Assembly (NCBI RefSeq): GCF_022539665.2
Contig: NC_081331.1
Span: 7,316,001-7,380,000 of the forward strand
Length of the DNA: 64,000 bases
Direction of reading: 5' to 3'
Source of the DNA: Daphnia carinata
Lineage: Eukaryota
Position numbers and translations under genes: made by a program. Positions 29,228 through 42,059 of the stretch are shown piece by piece; the stretch's first letter is position 1; every line of letters starts with the position of its first letter. The notes below the pieces were generated by a model. That model was not told where the DNA came from. It made no database searches and saw only the letters and a list, made by a program, of their open reading frames with translations.

Positions 29228-32200
29228 AGTTGACGTCTTGCGTGGAACATTGTTATTCCTTCGACGTCTTCTTCAAATTTTTACTAGATATTTCCCCCTC
29301 CCTCCCTTCTTTTCTTCCTTTTAGAGGAATTTTTGAGAGGAGGGCAAGTCAGAGGTCGAATTCATTCATGCATCTTACCATCCCTTGTCCGCTTCCATTC
29401 TGTTTCGTTGGTTCGGTTAGACGAAAAATAAAACACTGTTTGCTAGCCGACTCGGTAAGACTAAAGAAGCATTTTCGTTATGTCAGGATGGCCTTTTAAC
29501 AAAAGGGATTGTAGCATTCCCCAATCAACTAGTCGACTTTGATTTGTTTCCGCACGCGTGTTCGTCATCGGATTCAAGGCTTTTCAATAATCTCGACAAT
29601 GTCGACATGCGGCCCTCACTTCCTGCGAGCCATCACATTCTGTTTCGGACCTCCGGTCACTCGTCGATGACCAAGGGGAATTTCAAGACCCAAAGACGGC
29701 CACTCTGGTCTCCTGATTTAAACAGTTATCATTGTGTGATAACCTCATGGTATTGATCTTTTTCAACCTTCTAACAGAGTGCGATGGCAAAATGCAAAAC
29801 GACATAACACGTGGAAAGTATTTGTAAAAATTATCATTTAAAAAAGGGTAGCTAAAACAGAACTACACAGACCAGAAAAAAGTAAAACTAAAAATAAAGA
29901 AAGAGATACATGCCGAGTCACGATTGGATAAGAACCCGTGAATAACGAAACCGGATGAACTATACTGCGGAGATGTAACGAAACATCTTGTATTTTAAGG
30001 TTAAAAAAAAAAAAAAAAAGCAACCTCTCCGATTATAACGGTACGCCCTTCCGAAGATCCTGGGCGAGTCCCCAGTTTTTCGCGCCCAGGAACGGGTAGG
30101 GAACTGCCGAATTCGCGGGATGGACCCCCCACCCTTCGATGCGGCGTTGCGTGCTTCGTGTGTTCTGTTTTGCTTATTGGACTTCGGAAAAAAAAGAAGA
30201 AACTGAACGACAATCCAGTAAAAACAAATACCATACGAACCCCAAAAATCCTCACCACTGGCGAAAAAGTATATTGTTTGGCCGATTCTTTATGCATGAC
30301 TGCCTGTGACGCGTGTCATCCTTTTGTTTTCGTCTCTATATGCACATATGTCTGCGTGTGTCTTATTTGGTTTTCTCTGTGTTATTTCTCCTTGCGTTTG
30401 GGTTTTCGTATGCTTTTTTTTTTTGTTTTCTTGTTTTTTTTTCCTTCATTTCAAAGAAAGAGGAAACAAAAGAACTGCCAAAGGGACGTGAACGAAAAAC
30501 GAGACGTGCATACTGGCACGCACGTACGTAACACACGAGTACATCTATACCAAACAGAAAGAAACACGTAGAGACAGGTCGAGTCTTTCATATTTGTGTT
30601 GTTCTTCCTCTGGTGTTGCGGAGGCTCTTTCATCGACCGTCGTTCGAAATTGGGAAACAAACGGATGGGCGGTTTTTAGAGTCTTCTCCTTTTCTACAGA
30701 ACAAACCGAAAAGATTGGCAACGGTGAGGAGAAAAGAGACGGATTGACGGCCACGACACTGCTGACGCCCCAGCAGCCAACCACCAGCACATTGTGGGAC
30801 AACACCTATACAGCAGTTAGTTATCCTAATCTTTTATTAATTTTTTTTTTTTTTTGTCGTCAGCAACTTTAAACGCTAACCGAAACAAAACAAAAAGACT
30901 TTATCCGATAGATAAAAAAAAAAAATGTACATCGCTAAGTATTCCACTCCTCCCATTTCCTAGCTAACGGGAGGAACGGCTCTATCTTTTTTTGTTGTTC
31001 CACTCGAGCGACTCGGACACACTTTATAAGTGCTTGAATTCGTGGTTCGCAGGAGGGAAGGCGATATATTCAAATTTGCTCGTGCACAGCCCGTATTCAA
31101 ATGAAACAAAAACCTAACAAATACAGACATGGGCGTCCATCACTCCCATAAGGATCTGATGTTTGCCCGTATAAAACATTTTAGAACAAAATATTTAAAA
31201 AACGAAAAAAAAAAAAAAATATGTAATAAAATAAGAGGAATGGTGAGCGGATATGTCCGCTTTCTTCGTCGACGTCTGATGATTTCTGTATAAATGCTGA
31301 GGGAGGTTAGGGCATTTTAGTGTAAAAGCGAACTCAACGGTCAACACGTGGACTTTTTGAAATTGAATTCCCTCATATTCTTTCTCCTCCGCTTTTTTTC
31401 TCTCTCTCTCTCTTCTTTTTTTTAAATACTCTATCCCAGAATCCGACAAATTCTTTATAATAATATATCCATGTATATATATAAAAAACTACACCCAACT
31501 TGTAAGAAGCTTTGAAAAAGTATGAGGAAGCAGCTCAAGAGAGGGAAAAAAAAGGTGGCGGTGTTATCTTTCATACCCATTCCAACGGTCTCTCCCTTTG
31601 CCCTTTATACGTCCATATACATGTACGTATATATACATACACATATGAGAGAAAAGAGGGGTCTGTCAGTTACGGTTGGACCAATCTTTCACGTAAGATA
31701 TCCAGTGGCGGGCTTCTCTCTTTTTTTTTTCTCGTTTTTTTTTTCTCTCTCTCTTTTTTTTTTATAAATATAGTATTCTTCCTCCCATGTACACTCTCTC
31801 TGCCTCTTTCTGTCTCTCTCTCTCTGCCGGAAAAGGGAAGAAAGTCTTCTTGTTCTTTTCAAGGGAACTTGCGAAAAAAATCTCACAGTTCTCTATGATG
31901 CCGTCTACCAACTTCCAGCTCTTACCTAAAGTGTTCGTCGTCTCTTCTTGTTTTTTTTCTTTTGTGTGAAGGAAAACTAAAAATATACGCCATCCGGGAA
32001 CTAAATGTTAGAAATTTTGTATATTCCATATTGTTGTGTTCACATGTTTGGCCAAGAACAACAAGATTTGACATTGATTCGATAAAAGACATTAAGCATA
32101 GATCGTCTCGATTAAATAATGTAGGTTTGATTTGCTTGTTGAAAGAAGTACTATTATTTGGTCGTTGACAAATGCCCATGTATAGGAAGCAAAAAACAGT

Positions 32201-35200
32201 AAAAATAAAAAAAAAAAAAAGATAAAAGAAAGGCAATGACATAAAAAATAAAATCTGTTTGGAACGCTGTTATCTGCACCATTCTATAAACCAGCTGATG
32301 CCTTCCTCCCTCCTGTTGGTTGACCCCACTTTGTATAGGCTGCAATTCTTCGTCGATGACGCAAAGCCTAGTATATTACAGAATAGGTAGATTTTTTTTT
32401 TTCCTCGTACAAGAGTTCATGTCTCGTCAATCACTCTAGACCATCACCGGGCAATATTCATTCTGCGTGTAACGAAGGTGTCGGACAATGCGATTTAGGA
32501 TCTTGACTACCACACAGCTGGCAGAATAGGTATAGAAAAAAAAAAATATGATTATCGTTCATCGCATTTACAACCAGCACTGATACCATCCCACAACTTG
32601 CGGAACGGCTATAAAAAAAAATAATCACAATAATGAACAACAAAAAAGAAGAGGGAAAAGAAAACATTCAATAGTCTTCAAAAGAAAGTATGTACAAAAA
32701 AAAAGTATACTAAAAGCATTAAAACTGGCGCTATATATGTTTACATGTACAAACTGAAAGGAATTTACAAATACGACAAGACGAGGATGGACAAATCAAT
32801 CTGATTTGTCGTTTTGATTTGATTTTTTTTTTTTAGGCAGCATCAACGTCAAACGTTCCGAGGTAAATAATGGTAACCCAAGTACCGCTTAAAAAAAGGA
32901 AATAAACGGAGCCATACACTGATTTCCTTGCGATGCATGTAAGTGTAGTGGTTGGTGAAATTGGTAACCATTGAAGGCTGCAACGAACAATGAAGCACAT
33001 GTGTACATTGAATGCCGCTGTCTACATTTGCTACGTTTTGCAAATGCGTGTGACTTTCCAATATGGAACACGCGCACCAACCAGACAGCAAAAAGAGAAA
33101 AATACAAAAAAAAAAAAATCAGACGAAAATTCGTTTTTCAACGGAACTTAGCTCATTAAAAACAAAAAGTGGGCTAGTAAACACTGGCGATTTGGTAGGT
33201 AGATGATCGGTCGACGAAGCCCAAAAAAGCTCGACTAGAACACAGCTCGCAAAGGTAAAGGTAGTTAACTGAGCGATTATGCCGAGATATTCGGCAGTGA
33301 GAACGGCCGATGTGAACACCCAATCAGCATAAATAGTCCATCCCATTGATTGCTTTTCTGTGTGTGGTGAGCCATTAATTGGAATCCCTGGCTGCCTGTC
33401 TGCTGTGCTGGGCCCCAACTGGCGACGACGTTTGATTTTCTCCATCAAAGTCGATTGTTTTCCATTACTACCTACTTTTTTTTTTTAAATCTTTAGGTGT
33501 AGGTTGAATTCTGGTTTTTCTTCGTTGTTGTCCTTTTTTGGGGCGTTGAGATGAAGTGGAGTTTACCGATCCAGTTAGAAAGAATCCTTGCTCCAGCATC
33601 ACCATTACCATTCCGACTAACCCAAAGGACGAGTCACTCATCATTTAATTCTTCAAATGAAAAAAATGCAACAGTACTCGTGATTTATCCAAGCTCATTT
33701 GATGACGAAGTGGGATATCTATTTATGTTTTTTTTTACTTTTTTCTTTGCCGAATTATCTCTGAAAATTAGTTTACGGAAACACAATGAAACGAATAGAC
33801 GAAAGAAAAAAAAGATGCTCGAAATTTCTGCATTTATTGTCATGTTGTCCCAGTCCGGCTTCAGGCAAAAGGAAATGATTCAGACGTAGCCAAGAAAGGC
33901 GCTATATGCTTTGGTCATAAAGACGTGCCCAGTCACGATGTTTGTTGACCTTCCAATCCCGCGCGCAGACGTCCAGCATGGCGCTGCAACAGCATTAAAT
34001 CCATTGCCGTTGACAGACACTCTACACCAGTTCCTCTATTTTTTTAGGTGACCCATCTACCTTGACACAACTTAAACGGAGCAAAAAAAAAAAAAATAAA
34101 TAAAAAATATGCAAATGAGATTACATAATCATGTAGAATCATACAAGCCCTTGATATACGTTTCACTGCGTCAACGAGTCACGTTTAACAATCAATGAAA
34201 AGGATAAGCTGTGACATAGTCTCGATTTAATTGTTGCACTCGGTTGCCTCGCAAAGATACGCTATTTCCTAATAACGCGCGGCTCACACATAAATTACTT
34301 TCGTTTTTTTGTATTCATGACGGAGAGAATTGCGGCTTTGTTTCTTCACTTTTTGCGATTTAGTTTTCGAGACTAACGCCGAAGCCATGTGCATTTAATG
34401 ACCGTAATAGCTTTTAATCGATGGAGTGGACTAAAGCAATCATTTCTAATTGAATATGGCACGTAAGAAAATCGGTGAACTTCGCACGAGTTCGAGACGA
34501 ATAGAAGGAAGGGAAAGTGAGGGAACAACTAAAAGTGGACACGACGAAACAATAGAAAATTGTCGCCTGTCTACGTCGGTGCTTGCTGACACGTGCTTTT
34601 GGACAGCGGTAAGGGCGCGTAAAAAGGGTGGGGGGTTGCTAATTTGTACAAATACGTTCTTTGGGCACGAGGAAGATTTTTTTTTATTGTTCTAAGGTAA
34701 GGGCGAAAATGGACCTTGTTTCAAGGTCTACCGATGTCGTTTGATCTCGTGTTCGATTTACGGTGCACGTGTCCGATTTCAGTTGAATGCTCTAGCTATC
34801 CAATGCCCCGTTGAAATGCATTCGATTTGATTAAAACGCTGAATTTACATGACACGAAAAACATTTCGCTTGTTTAGCGATGTGATTTTGAAAATAAAAA
34901 TAGTTACACATAGAAACGCCGCGTTTTCTCCTCGTTATCAAGAGGCTCATTCAATCAGCAGCCAGCCGATTTTCCACTTTCTTTCCTTTAGTCCGCCAAC
35001 TGATCGTCACGTCTTGTCCGTCGTGTCTAGTGGGCGCCCAGACCCAATAGTCAATTTCTATAAGCGAACAAGCCCGATAAAAAAAAAAAAAAAAAAGAAG
35101 AAAACAAGCGGGGACGTCGGTACCGCGATCGATTCCCGCGAAACAAGAACAAGAAAAAAAAAAGCAAATAGAAAATACAGAAAAAAAATGTATAATAAGA

Positions 35201-35559
35201 ACAATAACAAAAAAATGTCGTCGAGGTTCGAGCTGAATTTGTGGGAGGTGGGAGGACAACCCAAATAAAAAAAAAGGAAAAAAAAGCTGCGTTCAGATTG
35301 GTGTATCCCGTCACTATCAACAGCCCACCGTCCCCCCCAATACCACCTCCTCCCAACTGTGTTTCCCTTCTTTTTCGTCCACGACGCATCAGTGGACGCA
35401 GCTGGAACCGTCTATACGCAGTACACACTCACACACGATATATATATATTTTTTTTTCCTCCTCCTTTTGGGAGGACGGCAAAAGGGAGGGAGAAAATAA
35501 GAGAGAAGAGGCGAAAAGAGAGGGAGGACGAAAAGAAAAAAAAAGAAAAAACAAAACAA

Positions 35560-35960
35560 TCGTAAGCGGCACAGTCGTAGGGCTGGACTTGGTCGAGTCG
35601 AGTCGTGTCTCTCGTTCTCCCCCGTTTTTTTTTTTCTATCACGTCGGCCCGTTCACGTTAGTTGTATAGTAGCGCCGAGTGGCCACAAGAGCTGGGTATC
35701 CACACACAGACAAGGGCTCACTCACTCGCAGTCTTCATACCCACCGTGCGCTTCTAGTGGCCTGTGTGTGTGTGTGTGTGTGTGTGGTGGTGGCGGGGCG
35801 GCGCGGTGTGCCCAGTGTGTGTCTGTGTGTGTACGGGCGAGCACCCTCTCTGGCAGTCCTCAGTCGAGTGTCGGTCACCGTCCGGAGCGCAAGTCGCTCT
35901 CTCTCGCTCCCAGCGGATAGACACACATCCCAACACGTCACGCACACACACGTTGATTAT
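35560..35960 (+). promoter_or_regulatory. Candidate BCL11 core promoter/TSS region
   Basis: GC/CpG-richer island with few homopolymers, 0.7-1.1 kb upstream of ATG 36645. Contains (TG)12, short (CT)n and an arthropod Inr-like TCAGTC at 35860-35865. No canonical TATA; the DPE-like AGTCG is at +31, not the canonical +28. Confidence 0.35.
35763..35786 (+). repeat. (TG)12 microsatellite within the candidate promoter
   Basis: Read directly. Confidence 0.9.
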
Positions 35961-36559
35961 TACAAGAAGACGGTGAACGGACTTCACACCGTTCACAACA
36001 GCCTTTTGAGGAGACACAACAAATAACTGATGTCTATTGACTGTTGGTGTCAATAGAAGAAGTTGTCGTGTTTTTGTGACACAAGAGAGAGAGCGCAGAG
36101 ACCGGTGCTTTTCTTTTTAGTTTCAATGTTGTTCTCATCCGTTTCGGAAGTTACCCGTTTCCTAACTAAAACTGGCCACGAGTGCTAATTGACCGTAACC
36201 TGTCACGAGCCAATACAAGTGAGGAAAGGAAACAATCACGCAGAGAGAGAGTGCGGTCGTTCATCGGCGTCGCTCTTGATTTTGATCGTCACACAAGCGA
36301 CGAGTGAAAGACGCACACAAAAAAAAAAAAGAAAGAAGAAAACGAATTTGAACGAAGAAAATCAGCAGTGAATCATGTCGTTGTGTTTGCGTTGAACAGT
36401 GTCGGCCAGTTTTCCGTTCACCTTTTTGGAACCATTTTTGTTTGAGTTTTCTTCTATTGTCCGACAAATTTCTCCGATCCTCTGCCGGTCGTCACTTCAG
36501 TCATTTTGTTTGGATCACCAAAGACCAATTGAGCCCAAATCGTTTCGACGCCGCAATCA

Positions 36560-36591
<32 letters not shown>

Positions 36592-36644
36592 CTTTTTTTT
36601 TTTTTTTTGTTAATCGGATTGTTGATTGTTTCCAATCGGCCGCC

Positions 36645-36681
36645 ATGAGGATTAAGATGCCCGCCATGCGAATCGCTCAAG
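36645..36681 (+). CDS. BCL11: Putative first coding exon of BCL11 (CTIP/CG9650-like) transcription factor; encodes MRIKMPAMRIAQ + 1 nt
   Basis: ATG at 36645 in a strong context (ggccgccATG), with further in-frame ATGs at 36657 and 36666. Ends at a strong donor CAAG|GTAAGA (GT 36682-36683) in phase 1. Joining to the acceptor at 49101 gives G+AG=Glu and an open frame MRIKMPAMRIAQ-E-PEEMAPDSLTCG. It lies just downstream of a promoter-like island. The link across 12.4 kb is inferred. Confidence 0.68.
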
Positions 36682-39600
36682 GTAAGATCAATCGACTATT
36701 TTTTTGCTATTTCCTTTCTCTCTTTCTCCTCGTTGACCAGTTTCGATGATCTGTTGCGATTCCCACATTAAACGGCAAACGTTTTCGGAATGTGTTTTTT
36801 TTTTTTTTTCATATTCGCGTGCTACGATTCTGTCTCTTTAATGACGTAAAAAAAAAAAGTGAAGTAGGCCTTATAGGCTGCGCGTGCGCCTTGCGTGGAA
36901 GAGAAAAATGCGTTCGTAAAGCGCATGTCTTGTCTACACCACTCGATTCTTTTCCGATTCCATGGCCGACTGAAAAAGGTCGCCCACCATTTGTACTACT
37001 ATCACTGTGAGTTTTCCTTTCCCTTTTTTTTTATGCCGCTTGTCCGAATAGGGAAGTGTTAGGCCAAGCGTCCGGCGAATGGTCAGCGCCGGATGGACAC
37101 CATCCCCGACGCATGCGCTAGTGCATCGGTGCCGTACGCTCAAATGTAGCCGGCCACTGACCGCTGGCTGAAAACATTTTAATACCTTATGTGCCATTTT
37201 TTTTTTTTTTTTGGTTTAAGAAACGGATAGGGGATAGCTGAATAAAACTGGTTAAAAGTTGGAAGAAGTAATTAGAGACATCCACTTTTAGGAGCAAATA
37301 GCTCAGAAATCGAAAATTTTATCACCGTGTCCGTATTGAAGTTTACTTTGCTCCACACGTTTTTGTTTCTCACGTAATTCGCTCTCTGCGTCCTCTCTTC
37401 CGATTGTGACAAGTGTACATATTTTTTATACTCGTTTTTTTTTTTGTCACTTTTACATTTTGTTTTTATTTTAGTTGTGGTCTACCAGCCCTCTTTCCAT
37501 CTTCATCCCTTGTCTTTTTCTCTTTCTGTTATCTAAATTTAAATGTCTCGGACCTAACTCCACCCTGGTTCTTTCTTCCACCCAAAAGCCAAGACGAAAA
37601 ATGAAACCAAGACAAGGAGACTTGAGAAAGGAACTTGATGAATTCCGACGGACCGAACAACAAACAAACTTACACAAAAAATTGAGAACGGCGCAATAAT
37701 TAAAGGAAGTTGAAATGGCGTCGCTGGCGTCGGAGACGTCCATTTTTGTTTTTTGTTTTTTTTTTTATATCGAACGTCTCTTTTCCGAACTCTTTTGATT
37801 TTAGCGACCTTGTGATCACGTCGAAGTAAAACAGTTGCATAAGAAATTTTTCGACAAAAAAAAAAGAAGAAATCCTCTTTTTTTTTTTTTTTAGTTAGTT
37901 ACGACTAATCAACAACGGTCGAGTTGATCCCTTGCCAATCTTGCTTGGATTTCTGGCGTTTTTTGTTTGTTTTATTTCTGGAAAGAATAACGAAAAAACA
38001 AAAAGAAAAGAAGGGGGTTGGAGACAGATGACAAGGATGGCCGTGTCCTGTCGTGCGCGTCTCGACTGCTATTTTTGGTCAAAACAACAAGGTTCCTCCT
38101 GGTCGAGCGGGCGGTCAACTTCGGTGAATAACAGTCGCACCAACTCAGCCCGTTTCACAATGATAAAAAAAAGAAGAAACTAAGAGATGGTGGGGGAGGA
38201 CAACAGAGTGAAGCAACGTCCGCAGCAAAGCCTTTTTTTTTTTTTTCCAGCAGTGCTAGTGAAAAACAATCTTTGTTTTTTTTTTTGTGTTCCCCTTCGC
38301 TAGTACGGAAGGCAACAAACACTTTGACAATGATTCTCTCTGTTCGTGTATCGAAATGCATATTTATCTGAGGGGGGGAGGAAAAGAAAAAAATAGCAGT
38401 CATAGCCCATGTACTTTGCAAGGGAAACGTACGAGATGGATACTGAAAGAAAAAGAGAGAAAGAATGGTTGTTTACCGAAGTCCGTTTTCACTTTTCATT
38501 CTTCCCCTCTCTTGCCTACCTTTTCGATTTATTCTACATCGTTTTTTGTGTGTGTGTGTATGTATGTATGTTGTTGTTGGGCGTTCACAATTGAAGAGAG
38601 AGAGGGCCTTGAAGAGCTGACCCTTGGGCAGCCGGATGACCCGCTCGTCATCCATCAATAACGGGGCTCGCGCGTTGGGTCCATGAGACGTTCAAAAATC
38701 GCCCCTCTTTTTTTTTTTTTTTTCTCCTCCCCGAAATCGGATGATTTCTTTTCATTCATTCAAAACGCAGCATGCAACGATAATACAACATTCTTCCACA
38801 GTCGGAGTCAGTTTTTATTCGGTTTCGCCGCCACGTCAGGGATCTAGAAAAAGAAGAAGAAGGAAAAGATGATGGCGCATTGGGGAGAGTCTTGGTCTAC
38901 GAGTGGCTAGTCAGGGAGAGCGTGAGAGAGTTCAAGGCTCGGTGAGCCAGTGACGGCGATTATCGTTATAGAATGAGAAAAAAAAAAAAATGTATATATA
39001 AGTGAAAGAAAGACATTAAAAGCAAAAAGGGCGACAAAAGAGAAGAGAGAATGGTCACATTGGTCAGCCACCAAAAAGGTTCTCCGGGCGAAGGGGAAAG
39101 CCGAAGAAGTGGAGGAACGTTCTGACCGCTAGATAGTTACCCACGATAAGCTTCAGATGATAAGAAGATGACCGCATAATAGTCTCTGGCATTGTCGGCT
39201 TATTTTAGTATTGACTTATTCTGAGCTCTTTACCCTATTCAAAACGAGTAACCGCTTGGCTTTGATTTATGTCAATGAGATGGAAGATTTGCCTCTTCTT
39301 TGCCTTTCTAAGGGAATGCATCGCAATATTCCGTTCATTTAAAAACAATTCTTTTCCCCTTGAAAAATCTATGTATTTATTCATCTCTTCGTGCGAATCT
39401 GTTGTTCGTACGGGGATTAATACGTTTTACTTTTTCAAGCAAAGTAGCGCAAGGAAAACTGAATGCCAATATGGATAAGTAGTTTCTTCATCGAGTGTTG
39501 CACCGCTTATTGCCAGAGACATTCTCAAATTCAAGTTTGGCTGCAAGCTGATGGACTGACCCAAATGGAGCCAGCTCGCTAAAAGCGATACATTGGCATG

Positions 39601-42017
39601 CCGGTGTGATAGGTGTCCCTTCCTATCTTGTCAGTTTTATTCCGATGTCTTCTTTTTTCTTTTCTTTTTTTTCGTTTTACTTTCTCAGTTCAGGCTCACC
39701 TCCAATCTCTTTTGCGCTTGTGACGTCATGTATCTTGTAAGCGCTTTTTTGTCGATCGGGTTTCGGAATTTTGAAAATTGCACGATCCGTGAGGATAGGG
39801 CAGATATGAATTCAGCGGATCAAGAAAGTCGGTCCCTTGTTGAATGGGAAACAAACATGGTAGAGAGAACAGAGCTCCAAGACTCATCCATTCTAGACTC
39901 CTCCGCATTTCAATTGTTTTCCTCCAAGGGCAAAAGTGACAGAGTAGATTCATCAATCACATTAGTTTGTGCCGAAAGATAATTTTTTTGTTATTCTGAT
40001 CCGAGATCCGCCGGCCATCAGTTCCGTCTTAACGTGTCGATGTAAAAACAAGCGTGTGTGACGTCATTTATCCGTTTTATTTTTTTTTGTTATTTTTTTT
40101 CGCATGTGCAATCGTGGTTGTGCCCGTCTTTAAAAACGCTTTTCTTGTGTGCGACGTTGCAGCGGCTGAGCCGTGACGTCTCTGGGTTTTAGTTTGACTC
40201 ACGCGAGTACACATGTACACAAAGAGAACGGACTTGTTTGTCAGCAAAACAGATGGGCCGTCCTTATTTTGTCCTGCCTTTATTCCTATTGGTTCTGTCA
40301 GTTCTTTGGCTATTATCTTATCGATTACTTCACTCCACACGTTTTTATTATTTTTTTTTTTAGTTGCCCGGTTTGCCCATATGACAAAGTGTGTTGCACA
40401 TAGACAATGATTTTTTTTTTTTTGTTCTTTGCCTTTAAACAAAAACAAAAATTAGCCGATGGGTATTCACCTCTAGTAACGCCTCGCGGTGGTAAAAACA
40501 TCAGGGCTAATAAATAACCACCGGTGGCGCAGGTGTTTAGCCCCTCTTGTTATTTTCTGTCTACCCCTCCTTCTTTTTTTTTTTTTCTATATACTTGTCC
40601 CATTCTCTCCTATATCAACCATTTTTTGTTTTGTTGTTATTATTCTTTTTTTTTTTGTTTTTCATCACGTCCTAAGCGTAGTAACATTCAAATATGGTGT
40701 TGGGGCCCTGTCGTTTAGTGTAACCCGCACCAGAAGAAATAATGAATCCCCCAACCGCCTGTCCCGCATCTGATTCATTTCGATATTGGTTTTGTGTCGA
40801 GCGGAAATGGTTGGTGCCGGGCACCGGAACTGACCCTTTTGTCAGGGTTCATTGCCGCTTTTATTTCCTCCTTTTTTTGTCTACCAGGTTTTTCAAATGA
40901 TTTATTTTTAGCGCTCTCGAACCCACTTCTCTTATTCGTTTTCTTTATTTCGTTTGCAAATATCGAAAATGCCAACCACGAAAATCAAATTAACTTCGCC
41001 GCCAAAATCAAATCAAATAAATAAATTTTTTAAAAATAAAGAGGTCTTCGAAACGATTAGAAAAGAAGTTGAAGGCAGGTCAGCTGCGAATTTGAACCTC
41101 TTACTTCTCAAATGCGAAATGGGTTTGCCGAGCCGTGAAACAAATCACACCGTTTGCAAAATCTCACGCCGGTTTCTTTAGCACCGGGGTTTTACCATAC
41201 CCAAATGCAAGGGGAAAAAAATTAGATGTAGGAAAAAAAAAAGAAAAAAGAGCACGGCAGAGGTTATGGAAAGGGTCATCCGCTCGCCTTCTTCGGCTGA
41301 CCTTTTGGCAGAGAGCACGCTCTCTTCGTATTCACAACATCGTTTCGTCTTCGTCGAAAGAGTTATTCGGTCGTCATTTCTTCTTCTCTTTTTTTTTTTT
41401 TTTTTTTTTTATTTTTCTTTTCTATTCATATTCTTCTTTATTGTTTCCGACGCTGCTTACGAGCCCTGACGGTGCCCGTTGGTTCCCGTACGCAATTGAC
41501 TAGCTGCGACCCGTTTATAGTGTTGGCGCGGGTCATTCTCATGAACTTACGAGGTCGACATTTCCGACCATTAAGACACGACCCCTCTGGTGGCCGTCTT
41601 GGACACTTTCCCAACAGCCTCATCGTTTTGCTCGACACACAACAACAAACAACAACAATACAATATAATAACCAACGTCTTCTCTCTCTTTCGACCTCTC
41701 TCTCACATAAGAGAAATTGGGGAAACACACACACAACGACAACGATTACTACTGAATTATGATGCCTTTCTTTCTTTTTTTTTTTTTGTTGAAATTCGAA
41801 TGGCCCGCGACGACCAAAGATTTAACGTCAATGTGTGTTCTAGCTGAAGTGGCTGTACGTATTTTTTTTTTTCTCTGGAATTGCGGGTCGAAACCAACTT
41901 GGTACCCAACCAAAAAGAAAGAGAAAAAAAATAAAGAAGGGAGGGCTCTTTTCTTTATTCGAATGCATCACGTGATGAGTATCACGGACCACCCAATACG
42001 TTTCGAGTCACCATGTT

Positions 42018-42059
42018 TATATATATATATATATATATGTATATACATATATAATATAT
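42018..42059 (+). repeat. Imperfect (TA)n microsatellite
   Basis: Read directly. Confidence 0.85.

Noticed and set aside
39806..39982. Acidic peptide MNSADQESRSLVEWETNMVERTELQDSS... as another BCL11 first exon
   Set aside because: No convincing phase-1 donor before the stop and no recognisable homology.
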